Assembly (NCBI GenBank): GCA_964016885.1
Contig: OZ024747.1
Span: 4,898,001 to 4,962,000, forward strand
Reading direction: 5' to 3'
Length of the DNA stretch: 64,000 bases
Source of the DNA: Eledone cirrhosa
Taxonomy: Eukaryota
The stretch's first letter is position 1, and each line of letters opens with the position of its first letter. The position numbers were made by a program, and so were the translations under genes. The notes beneath the pieces are model-generated. The model had not been told where the DNA came from. It did no database searches and was given only the letters and a program-made list of their open reading frames with translations. Positions 43,015 to 58,330 of this stretch are shown here, piece by piece.

Positions 43015-43510
43015 CCGTGTGGATTGGTAGAGAGTCGGACACCATGCTTTGTAGCATAGAGTTACGCCCCTTTATGATCTAAGTTCAAATCCCGCCGCGG
43101 TTAGCTTTGCCTTTCATCCTTACGGGGTTGATAAAATAAAGTACCAGTAATGCACTGGGATAATTGCTGGCCTTGTGCCAAAAGTAGAATTCATTATAAT
43201 GCGATCCGAGCACAAATTCTAAATTTGTCAATTCAGCCTCTAATTCTTTCGGGGTCGATAAATAAAGTACTTGTCAAGTACAACCTAGTGTTCCCTTCCT
43301 ACAATTTCGTGGTCTTGCTCATGTTAAATTCCCAAAAACTTTCGGGGTTGATAAATTAAGTTAACGTCAAGTACGACCGAGTGTTCCCCTCCCTACAATT
43401 TTGTAATTTTCTTCATGTAAAATACCCCAAAGGTTTCGGGATCGATAAATGAAGTACTCCGCAAGTATAAACAACAGTTCCCCTCACCCAACAATTCTGT
43501 AGTCTTCTTT
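43015..43510 (+). mobile_element. tRNA-derived SINE followed by three tandem degenerate SINE 3' fragments
   Basis: Full copy 43015-43200; ttcgggg tcgataaat..aagta..ttccc repeated near 43250, 43342 and 43435. Confidence 0.75.
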
Positions 43511-44056
43511 ATGTTATACAACAGCCCCCACCCCCACCCTCCAAAATAATGTTCGACCTGTTAGAAATAGCAGCGAAATATCTCCTAATTCCCAACATAC
43601 CTTCTTGAATAAGAAGATACCTGAAACAATGTTGAATAAGTGAGATATTAGGGCTCTGTCACGGAAGGAGCGCCTTTCATCATAAATCTATTTAATTAAA
43701 GTTGAACTGGGGCCAAACAACAATATCAACAATTCCAACACCACCAACGCTATCACCAACACCTACACCAGTACTACCACCTACACCACCTACATCACCA
43801 CTTACACCAATAACACCAACACTATTACCACCACCACCACGACTACTACTACCAGCGCCACGAACACCACCGCCACCTCCGCCACCACAACCACTATCAC
43901 CACCACCACCACTAGCACCACCATCACTACCACCTCCACCTCCACCACGAACACCACGACGACCACCACCACCACCACCACCATCACCAACCGTGACTAA
44001 CGTACGTGCTTATTGCAATATTTTTAATGCATGATTGCGTTGTAAAACAGTTGCCT

Positions 44057-44232
44057 GTAGAGGATCAGACGCCATGCTTTGCAGCAAAGAGTTACGGCCC
44101 TTTATGGTCTGAGTTCAAATCCCACCAAGGTTACATTTGCCTTTCATCCTAACGGGGTTGATAAAATAAAGTACCAGTGATACACTAGGATAATTGCTGG
44201 CCCTGAGCCAAGAGTAGAAACAATTATTATTA
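44057..44232 (+). mobile_element. tRNA-derived SINE
   Basis: Family consensus with (TTA)n tail. Confidence 0.85.
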
Positions 44233-44265
44233 TTATTATGTAAATCCTTGTGGTTAATAAAGAAA

Positions 44266-44345
<80 letters not shown>

Positions 44346-44624
44346 TTATTTCTCTGTAAACTAGGGCGGGAGGACAATGGTATTGAAATAGTGGGGCGGA
44401 GTATTGTAGAAATACATCATGGAAGGTTCGATATTTTTCCCCAGTGTATAATAGTCAAGTAGTGTAGCGTAGAGTTAGGCAGCTGATGAACCGAATCTGC
44501 GACCCGGATCTAATTCCCGGTTTTAGCCATTTCGTTTCATTCCATTTTGCTGTCCATATGCTTCATGAGAAAGCTATTCATTGGAACTGTTAGCGTTCAT
44601 ATTGATTTTCTTATCCCCACCCCC

Positions 44625-44706
<82 letters not shown>

Positions 44707-44707
44707 T

Positions 44708-44840
<133 letters not shown>

Positions 44841-45084
44841 GTATATATTGCTCTTCCTCTCTCTCACACACTCTATGTCTCACTCTCTTTCGCTTTCGTT
44901 TTCGATCTACTAAAATCATAACGACCATTTTCATTGGGAATGGTCTTTCATTCTTTCTCCACCCTCCTTCAGTTGCAATATAAACAGGAATATGGACATA
45001 CTCCTCATAGAATGGGGCTAAGTCGGTTATATATATATATATATATATGTGTATATATATATATCCTACACATATATATATATA

Positions 45085-45147
<63 letters not shown>

Positions 45148-45276
45148 GAAGTTATATTTAATTTGTTGGGATGCCAACAAACTTGAAAGTTTATAACTGA
45201 TATAGAGCACTCAACAGTCACTGGTGAAAATATTCAATATATTAATAAATGGAAACTATATTTATAAAACCATAAT

Positions 45277-45341
45277 TATTTTATTATATATATTTCAAGG
45301 GCAACCAAGGCAATCTTGGTGCGCTTTCATCAGATAAAATA
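45277..45341 (-). ncRNA. minimal type I hammerhead ribozyme
   Basis: Minus: tattttat-CTGATGA-aag cgc accaag attgc cttggt tgc cctt-GAAA-tatata-TA-ataaaata. Confidence 0.85.
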
Positions 45342-46335
45342 CAAAATTTATTTTATAAATTGGGTCATAACCGTGGAAAACAACATTGATGGTTGAAAAT
45401 TCGCTGGATAGTGAAAATTTTATTAAGGGTAATTCAAAGTTCTGTGTGAATTTGTAAATGAATGTCCGAAAAATAAAAAATAAAAATAACCATTTATTTA
45501 AATTACGCTGTGGGTAGAAGAGAGAGAAAAAACGAAGAGAGAGAAAAGAAAATATTATATATGTAGAAATAGAGTGAAGAAATAGAATGAAGAAAGAGCG
45601 AAGAAAAAAGCTTATCCAAGGATGAGCTCGTATAACGTAAATAAGTCTTATGTTTATGTTACATATTTATGTTACGTTTATTTACTAATAATTGTTAGAA
45701 TTCTATTATAATAAATATTTATTTACTATTATAAGTATATAGAAAATTAGATATATAGAAAAAATAAAGATATATTAAAAAATAAAGATATATTAAAATA
45801 TATTAAGATATATTAAAATATATTAAAATATATTAAAAAATAGATTTAAATAAATATGAAGTAGAAGCATAGGATAAAATATAGATATAAGGATAGATAT
45901 ATGAGTGGATAGATGGGTATATCATGTTATAGATGATAAGTTTATATTTAGTGTAAGTATTTAAATTAAAATTAAATTAAATTAACTGAGTTAATAAGAT
46001 TACTCATATGTTTTTAATGTTCTACATTGGAAAAATATTGAAAATCACAGTTTTGTTTATTTATTAGTTATTATGAGATAATTTTGACAAAGATATGTTT
46101 AAAAATATATTTAGCCGGAGTTAGTTATTGGTTATAACTCTAATATTAAATAATAAAAAAATTAAAAAATTAAAAATTATTAAAAGTATAAGAAAATACT
46201 AAAACCATTTAAAAATTAAACTACAAAATATTAACAATTCTAGACAAAATTCTTGAAAATTCTTGGAAAAACTTTCCAAGAGATTTTTAAAGATCTCAAA
46301 AAGACTCCGAAGATACTCAAAAACCTTTTAAAAAC

Positions 46336-46535
46336 TTAAAATCCAAAAATAGAGACTATTTTCTAACTTGGAATTTAATTTCAAAAACACAGCTTTACCC
46401 AAATTTTGCAAATTGTGTGTTGAGGAAATTTTCTTCATACTTAAATGTACGAACTCCATTAATTTACGTGACAATTTATTTAGTTCTTGTAAACATCGCC
46501 AAAACTCAACTTTTAGATCTATATATAATATATAA
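46336..46535 (+). pseudogene. C-terminal fragment of Penelope-type GIY-YIG endonuclease
   Basis: LKSKNRDYFLTWNLISKTQLY (frameshift) CKLCVEEIFFILKCTNSINLRDNLFSSCKHRQNSTFRSIYNI*. Fits the LK..Y..W..Y..CxLC..E..I..LN.R..C.H pattern I recall for invertebrate PLE ORFs. Confidence 0.75.
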
Positions 46536-48080
46536 TTACATGTTTAATCTTCTCTACATAATGTTTACTTTATCCAAACACCTATAATCTCATTTCTTAA
46601 ATTATATGCATATATGTTCATAAATTCTAAATCTTTAAATTTAAATTTAATCTAATTCTAATTTTAATATCTTTTACTTCTTACATATATATAATTTATT
46701 TCTTAAATCTTTACTTTTTAATATTTTTACTTCTTAAATATCTTTATTTTTTATCTTTATTTATCTTACTTCCAAAATATCTCATAATCTTTTTAGAAAA
46801 ATTACTTCAAATTTATTTTTTTAAATTACTTATTTCCAAAAAAAACCTATTTTTTGGGTCATCTTAATATTTTTAATATATTTTTAGTATTTTTTTAATA
46901 TTTTTAAATATTTTTAATTATTTTTAAGTATTTTTTAATATTTATTAATATTTCTTTATATTTTTTGAATAATTTTAGGTTTTTACTTAATTTTAAACAC
47001 AGTTTTTAAAAGGTTTTTGAGTATCTTTGGAGTCTTTTTGAGATCTTTTAAAAATCTCTTGGAAAGTTTTTCCAGGAATTTTCAAGAATTTTGTCTAGAA
47101 TTGTTAATATTTTATAGTCTTAATTTTTAAATGGTTTTAGTATTTTCTTATCCTTTTAATAATTTTTTATTTTTTTATTTTTTAATTATTTAATATTAGA
47201 GTTATAACCAATAACTAACTCCGGCTAAATATATTTTTAAACATATCTTTGTCAAAATTATCTCATAATAACTAATAAATAAACAAAACTGAGATTTTCA
47301 ATATTTTTCCAATGTAAAACATTAAAAACATATAAGTAATGTTATTAACTCAGTTAATTTAATTTAATTTAAATACCTACACTAAATCTAAACTAGTATC
47401 CCTCATAATTTATCATCTATAACATGATATACCCATCTATCCACTCATATATCTATCCTTGTATCTATCCTTATATCTATATGTTATCCTATGCTTCTAC
47501 TTCACATTTATTTAAATCTATTTTTTAATATATTTTTAAAAAATTTAATATATTTTAATATATTTTAATATATCTTAATATATTTTAATATATCTTTATT
47601 CTTTAATATATCTTTATTTTTTCTATATATCTAATTTTCTATATACTTATAATAGTAAATAAATATTTATTATAATAGAATTCTAACAATTATTAGTAAA
47701 TAAACGTAACATAAATATGTAACATAAACATAAGACTTATTTACGTTATACGAGCTCATCCTCGGATAAGCTTTTTTCTTCGCTCTTTCTTCATTCTATT
47801 TCTTCACTCTATTTCTACATATACTAATATTTTCTTTTCTCACTCTTCTTTTCTCTCTCTTCTTTTCTCTCTCTTCTTTTCTCTCTCTTCTTTTTTTCGC
47901 TCTCTTCTTCCCACAGCGTAATTTAAATAAATGGTTATTTTTTTTCAATTTTTCGGATATTCATTTGCATATTCGCACAGAACTTTGAATTACCCTCAAT
48001 AAAATTTTTACTATCCAGCGAATTTTCAACCGTCAATGTTGTTTTCCACGGTTATGTCACTATTTATAAAACAAATTTTG

Positions 48081-48144
48081 TATTTTATCTGATGAAAGCG
48101 CACCAAGATGCCTGGGTTGCCCTTGAAATATATATAATAAAATA
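48081..48144 (+). ncRNA. minimal type I hammerhead ribozyme
   Basis: tattttat-CTGATGA-aagcgcacc..ggttgccctt-GAAA-tatata-TA-ataaaata; 8-bp stem I, predicted cut after 48136. Confidence 0.85.
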
Positions 48145-48186
48145 ATTATGGTTTTATAAATATAGTTTCCATTTATTAATATATTG

Positions 48187-48381
<195 letters not shown>

Positions 48382-48449
48382 TTATATATATATACATATA
48401 GAATACATATAGAGTACATATAATTATATATATATATATATATATGTGT

Positions 48450-48527
<78 letters not shown>

Positions 48528-49666
48528 TTGTGTGTGTTTGTGTGTGTTTGTGTGTGTGTAAGTAGGGGCCAGAGGACAGCTTTTCTTTTAAAGATGACCT
48601 ATTGAAAACGCAGGTAGAACTTCAGTTTGGTCATATTTATTAAGATTAAGATTAAGAATCTTTTCGCATTTCCTTGTTAGTTCTTTATACATAGTTTTGA
48701 ACAATAGTCTTCCTGAGTCCATTTGTGTATTAAAGTTTCGAGACTTTCACAGCCCCATCTTCAGAATCAGAATTATCATATGAATCCCGTTTTTAGTAAC
48801 ATAATAAAAGACCCTGGGACTGGTAGAAATATCATATATGACTGTATAAAAAAACTACTGGCAATATAATATATATAATATACATAAGTGTGAGTGAGCC
48901 TGTGAGTGTGTGCATGTGTATGTGCGTGTGTCTATACGTGTGTGTGTCTGTCGGTGCTTGTGTATCTGTGTGCGCCTGTGTATGTGTGGTTGTCGCAGTT
49001 TGCAGGCATAGATATTAACATGCTTACTACACCACGCTCGTTTGGGGAATGTGTAGTGTCAGTTATATAATGGGTATGCGTGTACCTTTCCTACACGTAG
49101 TACATGCTGCGTTCAGTGGCTATTTATCGACTTTGATACTTATGTAAAACTATTGGTTTTTGATAGAGTTATTAATATACGCCCACGCACAAACTGACAC
49201 ACGGACACACAGAAACGCTAACCTAACAGCTGTACTTCGTAACGAAGAACACATCTGCATGAAATATAACTTAGCATGCAAGAATACAGCACGTTTCTTC
49301 ATCGCATCTAGGATATCTTCTTCTTCTTCTTCTTCTTCTTCTTCTTCTTCTTCTTCTTCTTCTTCTTCTTCTTCTTCTTCTTCTTCTTCTTCACATGAGA
49401 TACGTTATTTGTTAGGAGTTGAAGTATGTTAAGATCCTAAATAGAAGGCCCAGTTGCTGTAGTGTTGTTCTCCACGATAAATGACTCTGACCCCTGTGGA
49501 GCGATCGCCAGTGCTCGGGTTATGTGCTATTCATTCTTAACGAGGGGGAGGTCTCATGATATATTTGTCTTCAGTTGAGCTGAGCTTGTGTTTATCCATT
49601 TTATTTTCTGTTGTCGAATTAGACAAGTTTGGAATAACCTCATTGGAGGTCTCTGTTCATAGAAGT

Positions 49667-49940
49667 GGAGGCACATGTCCTAGTGGTAAGTGTGTTGGAT
49701 TTACGATCATAATGCCGTGGGTTCGAGTCCAGGACTGGGTTAGGGGTTGCGTTCCTGAGCAAAACATCTCAGTTCACGTCCTTCCAGTATACTCAGCTGA
49801 GAATGTGTAACAGTAATATCTGAGGGTTTAACCCAGCAATGGACTGGCATCCTGTCCAGACGGGAGTATTGTACACCCAGTCGCTTAACGCCACGGAAAC
49901 CGAGATAAGCAGCGACCACATTAGCCTCCAGCCTCGAGAC
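49667..49940 (+). mobile_element. tRNA-derived SINE, MetaSINE-like
   Basis: ggaggcacatgtcctagtggtaag..gggttcgagtcc head; cctgagcaaaaca; atggactggcatcctgtccag..gcttaacgccacggaaaccg. Confidence 0.7.
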
Positions 49941-50224
49941 AGACTTTAGACTAAAGTTCATGAAATCATCGTGGGCGTCGGTAAGATGCTAAGTTTGTCT
50001 GTATATTACATTTGGTAATGGGAAGTGTATGGAGGAATGAAGAGTAATATCCTATGTGTAAGAGGGGACTTTGTTTGGAGGTTTACTGATGCATGCTTAT
50101 AGATTTACTTCAGATTTATTCTGGGTGGACAGCACCAATGATCATTCTTTTTAAGGCTTCCAATAATGGTCAATGGAAGTAAAGAAGTTATCCTCACATC
50201 GAAAACTTGCCTTGAAGGCTTGTA

Positions 50225-51104
50225 TTAGAGTGAAATCCGGTAAAGGTACCCAATTATTGAAATACTATGTACTCCACTAAAGGTAACTAATTCTTGTAAT
50301 AGTGGGAACTCCGGTAAAGATACCAAATTATTGAAATTGAGTGGAATCTACTAAAGATACCGAATTCTTGAAATATTGTGGACTGCACTAAAGTCACCCA
50401 ATCCTTGTAATACTGAGGACTGCACTAAAGTCACCCAATCCTTGTTATAGTGAGGACTGCACTAAAGACACCCAATCCTTGTTATAGTGAGGACTGCACT
50501 AAAGTCACCCAATCCTTGTTATAGTGAGGATTGCACTAAAGTCACCCAATCCTTGTTATAGTGAGGACTGCACTAAAGTCACCCAATCTTTGTTATAGTG
50601 AGGACTGCACTAAAGTCACCCAATCCTTGTAATAGTGAGGACTGCACTAAAGTCACCCAATCCTTGTTATAGTGAGGACTGCACTAAAGTCACCCAATCC
50701 TTGTAATAGTGAGGACTGCACTAAAGTCACCCAATCCTTGTTATAGTGAGGACTGCACTAAAGTCACCCAATCCTTGTTATAGTGAGGACTGCACTAAAG
50801 TCACCCAATCCTTGTAATAGTGAGGACTGCACTAAAGTCACCCAATCCTTGTAATAGTGAGGACTGCACTAAAGTCACCCAATCCTTGTTATAGTGAGGA
50901 CTGCACTAAAGTCACCCAATCTTTGTTATAGTGAGGACTGCACTAAAGTCACCCAATCCTTGTAATAGTGAGGACTGCACTAAAGTCACCCAATCTTTGT
51001 TATAGTGAGGACTGCACTAAAGTCACCCAATCCTTGTTATAGTGGGGACTGCACTAAAGTCACCCAATCCTTGTTATAGTGTGGACTCGATTAAAGTCAC
51101 CCAA
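50225..51104. repeat. 37-bp minisatellite, about 23 copies, left copies diverged
   Basis: Unit gaggactgcactaaagtcacccaatccttgt(t/a)atagt. Confidence 0.97.
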
Positions 51105-51947
51105 GAAACTTCATATCTACCACTTTAACAATTCTGTCAATTTACTGTCTTGGATTGTTACTTTTATTTTATCGAATGTGTATTTTTGTGTAGGGAGTGG
51201 GAATGATGCTGTAAGGTAGCACAATACTCTTAATCTGTCCTCCTCCTTGTTGTTGTTGTTGTTGTTGTTGTTGTTCTTCTTCTTCTTCTTCTTCTTCTTC
51301 TTCTTCTTCTTCTTCTTCTTCTTCTTTTTCTTCTTCTTCTTCTTCTTCTTCTTCTTCTTCTTCTTCTTCTTCTTCTTCTTCTTCTTCTTCTTCTTCTTCT
51401 TCTTCTTCTTCTTCTTCTTCTTCTTCTTCTTCTTCTTCTTCTTCTTCTTCTTCTTCTTCTTCTTCTTCTTCTTCTTCTTCTTCTTCTTCTTCTTCTTCTT
51501 CTTCTTCTTCTTCTTCTTCTTCTTCTTCTTCTTCTTCTTCTTCTTCTTCTTCTTCTTCTTCTTCTTCTTCTTCTTCTTCTTCTTCTTCTTCTTCTTCTTC
51601 TTCTTCTTCTTCTTCTTCTTCTTTGTCGTCGTTGTCGTCGTCGTCGTTGTTATCATTATCACAAACATCACTGCCAGAACAGAACCTCATCTGTTAAACG
51701 TGATTGTGTGGGGGTAATGTATGTATGTGTGTGTGTATATATGTGGGGTTTATGTATGTATGTATGTGTGTGCGTGTGTGTGTGTGTATATGTGAGGTTT
51801 ATGTATGTAAGTGTGTGTGGGTTCTCTCTCCTTTGCTGTCTTTGTTCCCAATACTGTGAGAACTAGACCTGTTGCCGTGAATATCCTTTTTATCCAGCTA
51901 TTGTTTAAACAGATTCCTCATTCTCTCACTCCCCCACACCCCCTCTT

Positions 51948-51995
<48 letters not shown>

Positions 51996-52132
51996 CTCCT
52001 CAACGGTCTTTCTAGTTGGATGGTAGGGTGGTTGGATGGTAAGGTGGTTGGATGGTAGGGTGGTTGGATGGTAGGGTGTTTGGGTCGCTGGATTATACTA
52101 GAGTGACTGGGTAGAGGAGAAAAAGGAGAATA

Positions 52133-52640
52133 ATAACTGTTTCTACTTTAGGCACAAGGCCTGCAATACCCTAGTACATTACTGGTACTTTATTTCATCG
52201 ACCCCCGTAAAGATGAAAGGCAAAGTTAACCTCGGAGGGATTTGAACTCAGAAGGTAAAGGGACGTAACTCTACTGCAAAGCATGGCGTCCGACCCTCCA
52301 CCGATACTGCCAATAATGGTGCTTTCTCATCTGGGAACAAAACCAATAATATTTGGAGGGAAGGAGAAGTCTATTAAATCGACTCCAGTGCATTACTGGT
52401 GCTTATTTCAAGGATGAAAGGAAAAGCTAACCAGGGTAGGACTTGAACGCAGAACGTAAAGGGACGTAACGATATGCCACAATCTTAAATTATTATTATT
52501 ATTAACATTTAGAGGGCGGTGGTTTGGTAGAATGGGTGGTGCATCATCGGACAAAATGTTTTGCGGCATTTAGTTCAAATCCTTACGGGATCGATGAAAT
52601 AAAGGACCAATTACTGGGGTCAATTTAATCAACTTTCTCT
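52133..52640. mobile_element. SINE cluster (two minus copies, one degenerate plus copy)
   Basis: 52133-52315 full minus copy; older copies near 52320-52480 and 52513-52640. Confidence 0.75.
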
Positions 52641-52756
52641 TCAACTTGTCCAAATTATTCGAGTAAATAGTTCCATGTTGCAGTCGTAGTTTTGTTGGAG
52701 AATGTCTGGCTAATGCAGTTTTATGTCAAGAGCAGTTATAACAGTGATACAAACAG

Positions 52757-53085
52757 CAATGTGAATAAAAGACAAGGTATTTAGAAAACTGCAGTGGAGA
52801 TCTTATGTGTTGCCAGGAATTCAATGTGAATGAAAGACAAGGTATATGAGAGATATCTTTAGAAGACTGCAGTGGATATCTTATGTGTTGCCAGGAATTC
52901 AATGTGAATGAAAGACAAGGTATATGAGAGAGATCTTTAGAAGACTGCAGTGGAGACCTTATGTGTTGCCAGGAATTCAATGTCAATGAAAGACAAGGTA
53001 TATGAGAGAGATCTTTAGAAGACTGCAGTGGAGATCTTATGTGTTGCCAGGAATTCAATGTGAATGAAAGACAAGGTATATGAGA
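52757..53085. repeat. 78-bp tandem repeat running into an assembly gap
   Basis: Unit aatgtgaatgaaagacaaggtatatgagag..gactgcagtgga..cttatgtgttgccaggaattc. Confidence 0.95.
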
Positions 53086-53285
53086 NNNNNNNNNNNNNNN
53101 NNNNNNNNNNNNNNNNNNNNNNNNNNNNNNNNNNNNNNNNNNNNNNNNNNNNNNNNNNNNNNNNNNNNNNNNNNNNNNNNNNNNNNNNNNNNNNNNNNNN
53201 NNNNNNNNNNNNNNNNNNNNNNNNNNNNNNNNNNNNNNNNNNNNNNNNNNNNNNNNNNNNNNNNNNNNNNNNNNNNNNNNNNNNN
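53086..53285. other. assembly gap (200 N)
   Basis: Run of N. Confidence 1.
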
Positions 53286-53321
53286 TAATTATATATATAT
53301 ATATATATATATACTATATAT

Positions 53322-53557
<236 letters not shown>

Positions 53558-53660
53558 ATATATATACATAGTTTATAACAGCTTCCTGTGGTCATCCCAA
53601 TGCGATTGATTCAGATATGATAGACAAACTGTGTATCAGAAGAAATCGACAGAAAATATA

Positions 53661-53737
<77 letters not shown>

Positions 53738-53756
53738 GTGTGTGTATATATATATG

Positions 53757-53788
<32 letters not shown>

Positions 53789-53884
53789 TCGTAGCTAATA
53801 ACGAAGGCATTAGGCAAGAACAACGTAGGGAGTTAATATAATGTAATATAATATAATATATATATAAAGAGAGAGTGGATATAG

Positions 53885-53937
<53 letters not shown>

Positions 53938-53959
53938 ATATAATTAGATTAGAAATATG

Positions 53960-54059
<100 letters not shown>

Positions 54060-54093
54060 GTATATATATACATACATATATATATATGTATTG

Positions 54094-54141
<48 letters not shown>

Positions 54142-54168
54142 GAAATATGTATATATATATATATATAA

Positions 54169-54209
<41 letters not shown>

Positions 54210-54253
54210 GAAATATGTATATATATATATATTATATATAAATATATATATAT

Positions 54254-54437
<184 letters not shown>

Positions 54438-54439
54438 TC

Positions 54440-54481
<42 letters not shown>

Positions 54482-54485
54482 ATAT

Positions 54486-54519
<34 letters not shown>

Positions 54520-54732
54520 TTATTATATATATAAATATATATATATACATATATATATATATGTATGTATATATATACATACATATATATAATATCCATG
54601 CTTTTATGTATATTGGAGTGTGGTCGCTGTTAGTTTGCAGCTTTGTAAGTATCATAACATGTCGCCTCTTCTCGTTGCCTGGCACAAATCTATCAGATCC
54701 GCTATTCGCCATTTTTGTTTTGTTTCTCTCTC

Positions 54733-54799
<67 letters not shown>

Positions 54800-54992
54800 A
54801 TTGCTGTCCCTCTCCTTCCCTCTCTCTCTCACAATCCTGTGTCTCTCACTCCCCCTCACTCACTTTGTATTTTTTTCTTTCTCACTCTTTCTTACGCTCT
54901 CTCTCTCTCTCTCTCACTCTTCTCTCTCTCTATTTCCCTCTCTCTCCTCCTTCTCTCTTTATTTCCCCTTCTCTCTCTTTATTTCCCCTTCT

Positions 54993-55043
<51 letters not shown>

Positions 55044-55534
55044 TTGCTCTATCTACTTCTATCAATACTTATTTCAGTTTGTCTTTCTCTCCTCTCTCTC
55101 TTCTTCATCACCATTTAGTTTCTACATGTTGTGTAGGTGTGTATGTTCCTACATTCTCGTTCTATGTTTTTCTCTTTTATATCTTTCTATTTTCTTTCTT
55201 TTCTTCTTCCTATCTTACATTCTGACACACTACTTCTTTCTGTCGCTCTAACGACAACTGAATCAATTTTATGTTTAGATGTATTCGTTTAGGCGAATCA
55301 CTTAGGTTATTGTGTCTCTTCGCAAATAGACCGTTCTTTTTGAACGTCTTCTCAATGTCTTCCCCTTATCTTTCTGCTTATCTTTCTTTTTTACTCTGTC
55401 TTCTTCCCTTTTTTTTTTCTCATCTTCATTGTCTTTCTCTGTCTTTTCTTCTTTTCTTTTCTTTTGTCATTGCAAAGAAATGTTGATATTTTTAATACCC
55501 CCTTCCAACACCCTCTCAACCATCTTCCAACTCC

Positions 55535-55633
<99 letters not shown>

Positions 55634-55767
55634 GCTCTCTCTCTCTCTCTTCTTCTTCAACATGCTCTCCTTTTCTCCTTCGAGAAAAAGAAGGAAAACT
55701 GTCTTCTTTATATAATGCCTTTTATACCCAGAAGCTTCGATTAAGTTACCTACTGTGAATATATATA

Positions 55768-55807
<40 letters not shown>

Positions 55808-55973
55808 TATATATATATATTATGCATATATATATACATATATATGCAATATATATATACATATGTGTGTGTATGTAACTATGCATGGATGTATATATGA
55901 ATACATAAGTATGTATGTATATATATATATGTAAATATGCTTGGATATATATGTATATATACATGAATGCATA

Positions 55974-56033
<60 letters not shown>

Positions 56034-56599
56034 GTGTGTGTGTACGTGTATAAATATAGATATGGGTGTATATATGTATGGATAAATATGTATATGTGTG
56101 TGTGTAAATATATATGGATGTATATATGTATGCATAAATATGTATGGATGTGTGTGAGTGTGTGCGTGTGTATATATGTGTGTGTATGTGTGTGAATCTC
56201 ATCCCTTAATACACAAACCACATTTGTTTTATTTTCCTTGTTTCAGTTTTGTTGTTTAAAAGTTTGTCCTTCCAACGTTTTCCGTTTTTCTGTTTACACT
56301 AGGAATTTTCTCAAAGACAACTTAAGCCTAAAACCTAGCATATTTCATTGTCTTTTTATCTCTACCTATTTCTGTTGTGTCTTCTGTTTTTGGTGTGAAG
56401 AGTCGGGGCTGAGGAATGGCGAGGGTGTTCTTTCCAGATTGTATACTTTGATAAATTATATACCACTTTGTATTGCACAAACACATCATTGTAAAATATA
56501 ATATTGCAATAGTCATACCTTTGACAGTCAAATAGAACAGCCATTATATACATGTATATAGATATTATATACATGTATATATATTTATACATACATATA

Positions 56600-56697
<98 letters not shown>

Positions 56698-56796
56698 TAT
56701 ATGTGCGTGTGTGTGTGTGTTTGTATACATATATATATAATATATATAAATATATATATATACATACATACGTCTCTCTCCCGCTCTCCCTCTTTT

Positions 56797-56919
<123 letters not shown>

Positions 56920-57518
56920 AATATTAAGTATAATATTCCTCCTTTTTATAAAATGCATTCTTTCCGTCATTGCGCGGTTGTAATTCTTTCTGTTATCTCA
57001 GCAAAATAATTAGCACACAAGACGAATTTAACTAAACTGAATAGTTACTGTGTAACATCTCCAAACATTGCCATCCTCCTAAAACATCCTTCCTTCATAT
57101 CGTACATGTTTCACCATTAATGGAATTATTTGTCTCACTCACGTTTTAAGGCTTCGCTGCTTTACCAAAAGTTGTCAATAGAACAATCTCTGTTGAACGA
57201 CATCACATTGATACCTCTATTAATGGCAACTAAATGTCTAAATAAATAGATAGATAAATAAAACATATGGAAGATGTTCGAATCTCTGTGATTCGGTTTC
57301 GATCTCGCTAAATTTACTACTGTCAATTTCCTTGACAAGGTAGACAAGTGAATCGTGAATAGTATTTGCTAGAGGGACATTATGGGGTAAGTAATCTCAT
57401 ATATATATATATATATATATCCAAAATTAAATTAAGGGTGTCATGTCTGAGAGACATGTACCATATCCACTGTAGAATATGCTCAAAGATTCCAATGAAT
57501 AGATCCATATGTTTATTT

Positions 57519-57638
<120 letters not shown>

Positions 57639-57671
57639 AATCAATTTCTAGTTGATATATATATATCTTAG

Positions 57672-57910
57672 TCTTAGATTCTTCCGCGCCGTTCGGGTCA
57701 TCGAGCAATAAGTACTCGCCAACGGTCACGATCAGCGGCAACTTTTTCGAGACCGTGCCAGGTGATGTTGGCAGCCATCAGGTCCTTCCGGAACGTTCGT
57801 CACCAGGTGATCCTTGGGCAACCCAGCCTCCGTTTACCGCCAGGCGGAGTCCAGTTCATCGCTGTTTTCGAATGCCGTTCATTTGACAGACGCAGAATAT
57901 GGCCAGCCAG
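57672..57910 (-). mobile_element. RTE-clade LINE 3' fragment
   Basis: Minus: LAGHILRLSNERHSKTAMNWTPPGGKRRLGCPRITW*RTFRKDL..AADRDRWR; GHILR / GKR..G.PR / DR..WR C-terminal motifs. Confidence 0.85.
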
Positions 57911-58288
57911 AGAGAGAGAGAGAGGCAGAGACAAACAGAGAGAGAGAGAGAAAGAAAGATTTCCGTTCAATAATCAGTTTTTGCTTGATATAAGAAATCA
58001 ACGGATTATGGTGAAAGCAAATATAATTACTTCATACCTTTGAAATGTACATAAGTTGGATGTACACTAAATGGAAGTGTAATTATAGGTATAGGCATGT
58101 ATTTTCTCTGCTCATTTCTCTTCTCACTCTTTATCTTTCTATTTCATCTTTTATATCTCATTCTATCTTCTAATGCAGGACTAGTGTTCGAAACGTAAAA
58201 TCTCTTTTCCTACTTTATCAAGCGTTAAACTAAAATATTTCTTCATTGTACAATTTTGCTTCCGTTGTTGTTTCCTTAAAACCTTTTG

Positions 58289-58330
<42 letters not shown>

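Larger units (their letters stand above)
45145..48186 (+). mobile_element. 5'-truncated Penelope-like element with ~1.1-kb inverted terminal duplication
   Basis: Arms 45235-46336 / 47001-48186 are slightly diverged inverted repeats with a hammerhead near each outer end. The spacer encodes an endonuclease C-terminus; (TA)n flanks both sides. Confidence 0.85.

Noticed and set aside
48705-48770. Minus-strand CTGAAGA-stem-GAAAC (similar remnant at 58170-58200)
   Set aside because: No convincing stem III or stem I closure.
49667-49740. tRNA genes (also near 37540 and 44455)
   Set aside because: A/B-box-like heads belong to SINEs; no complete cloverleaf.
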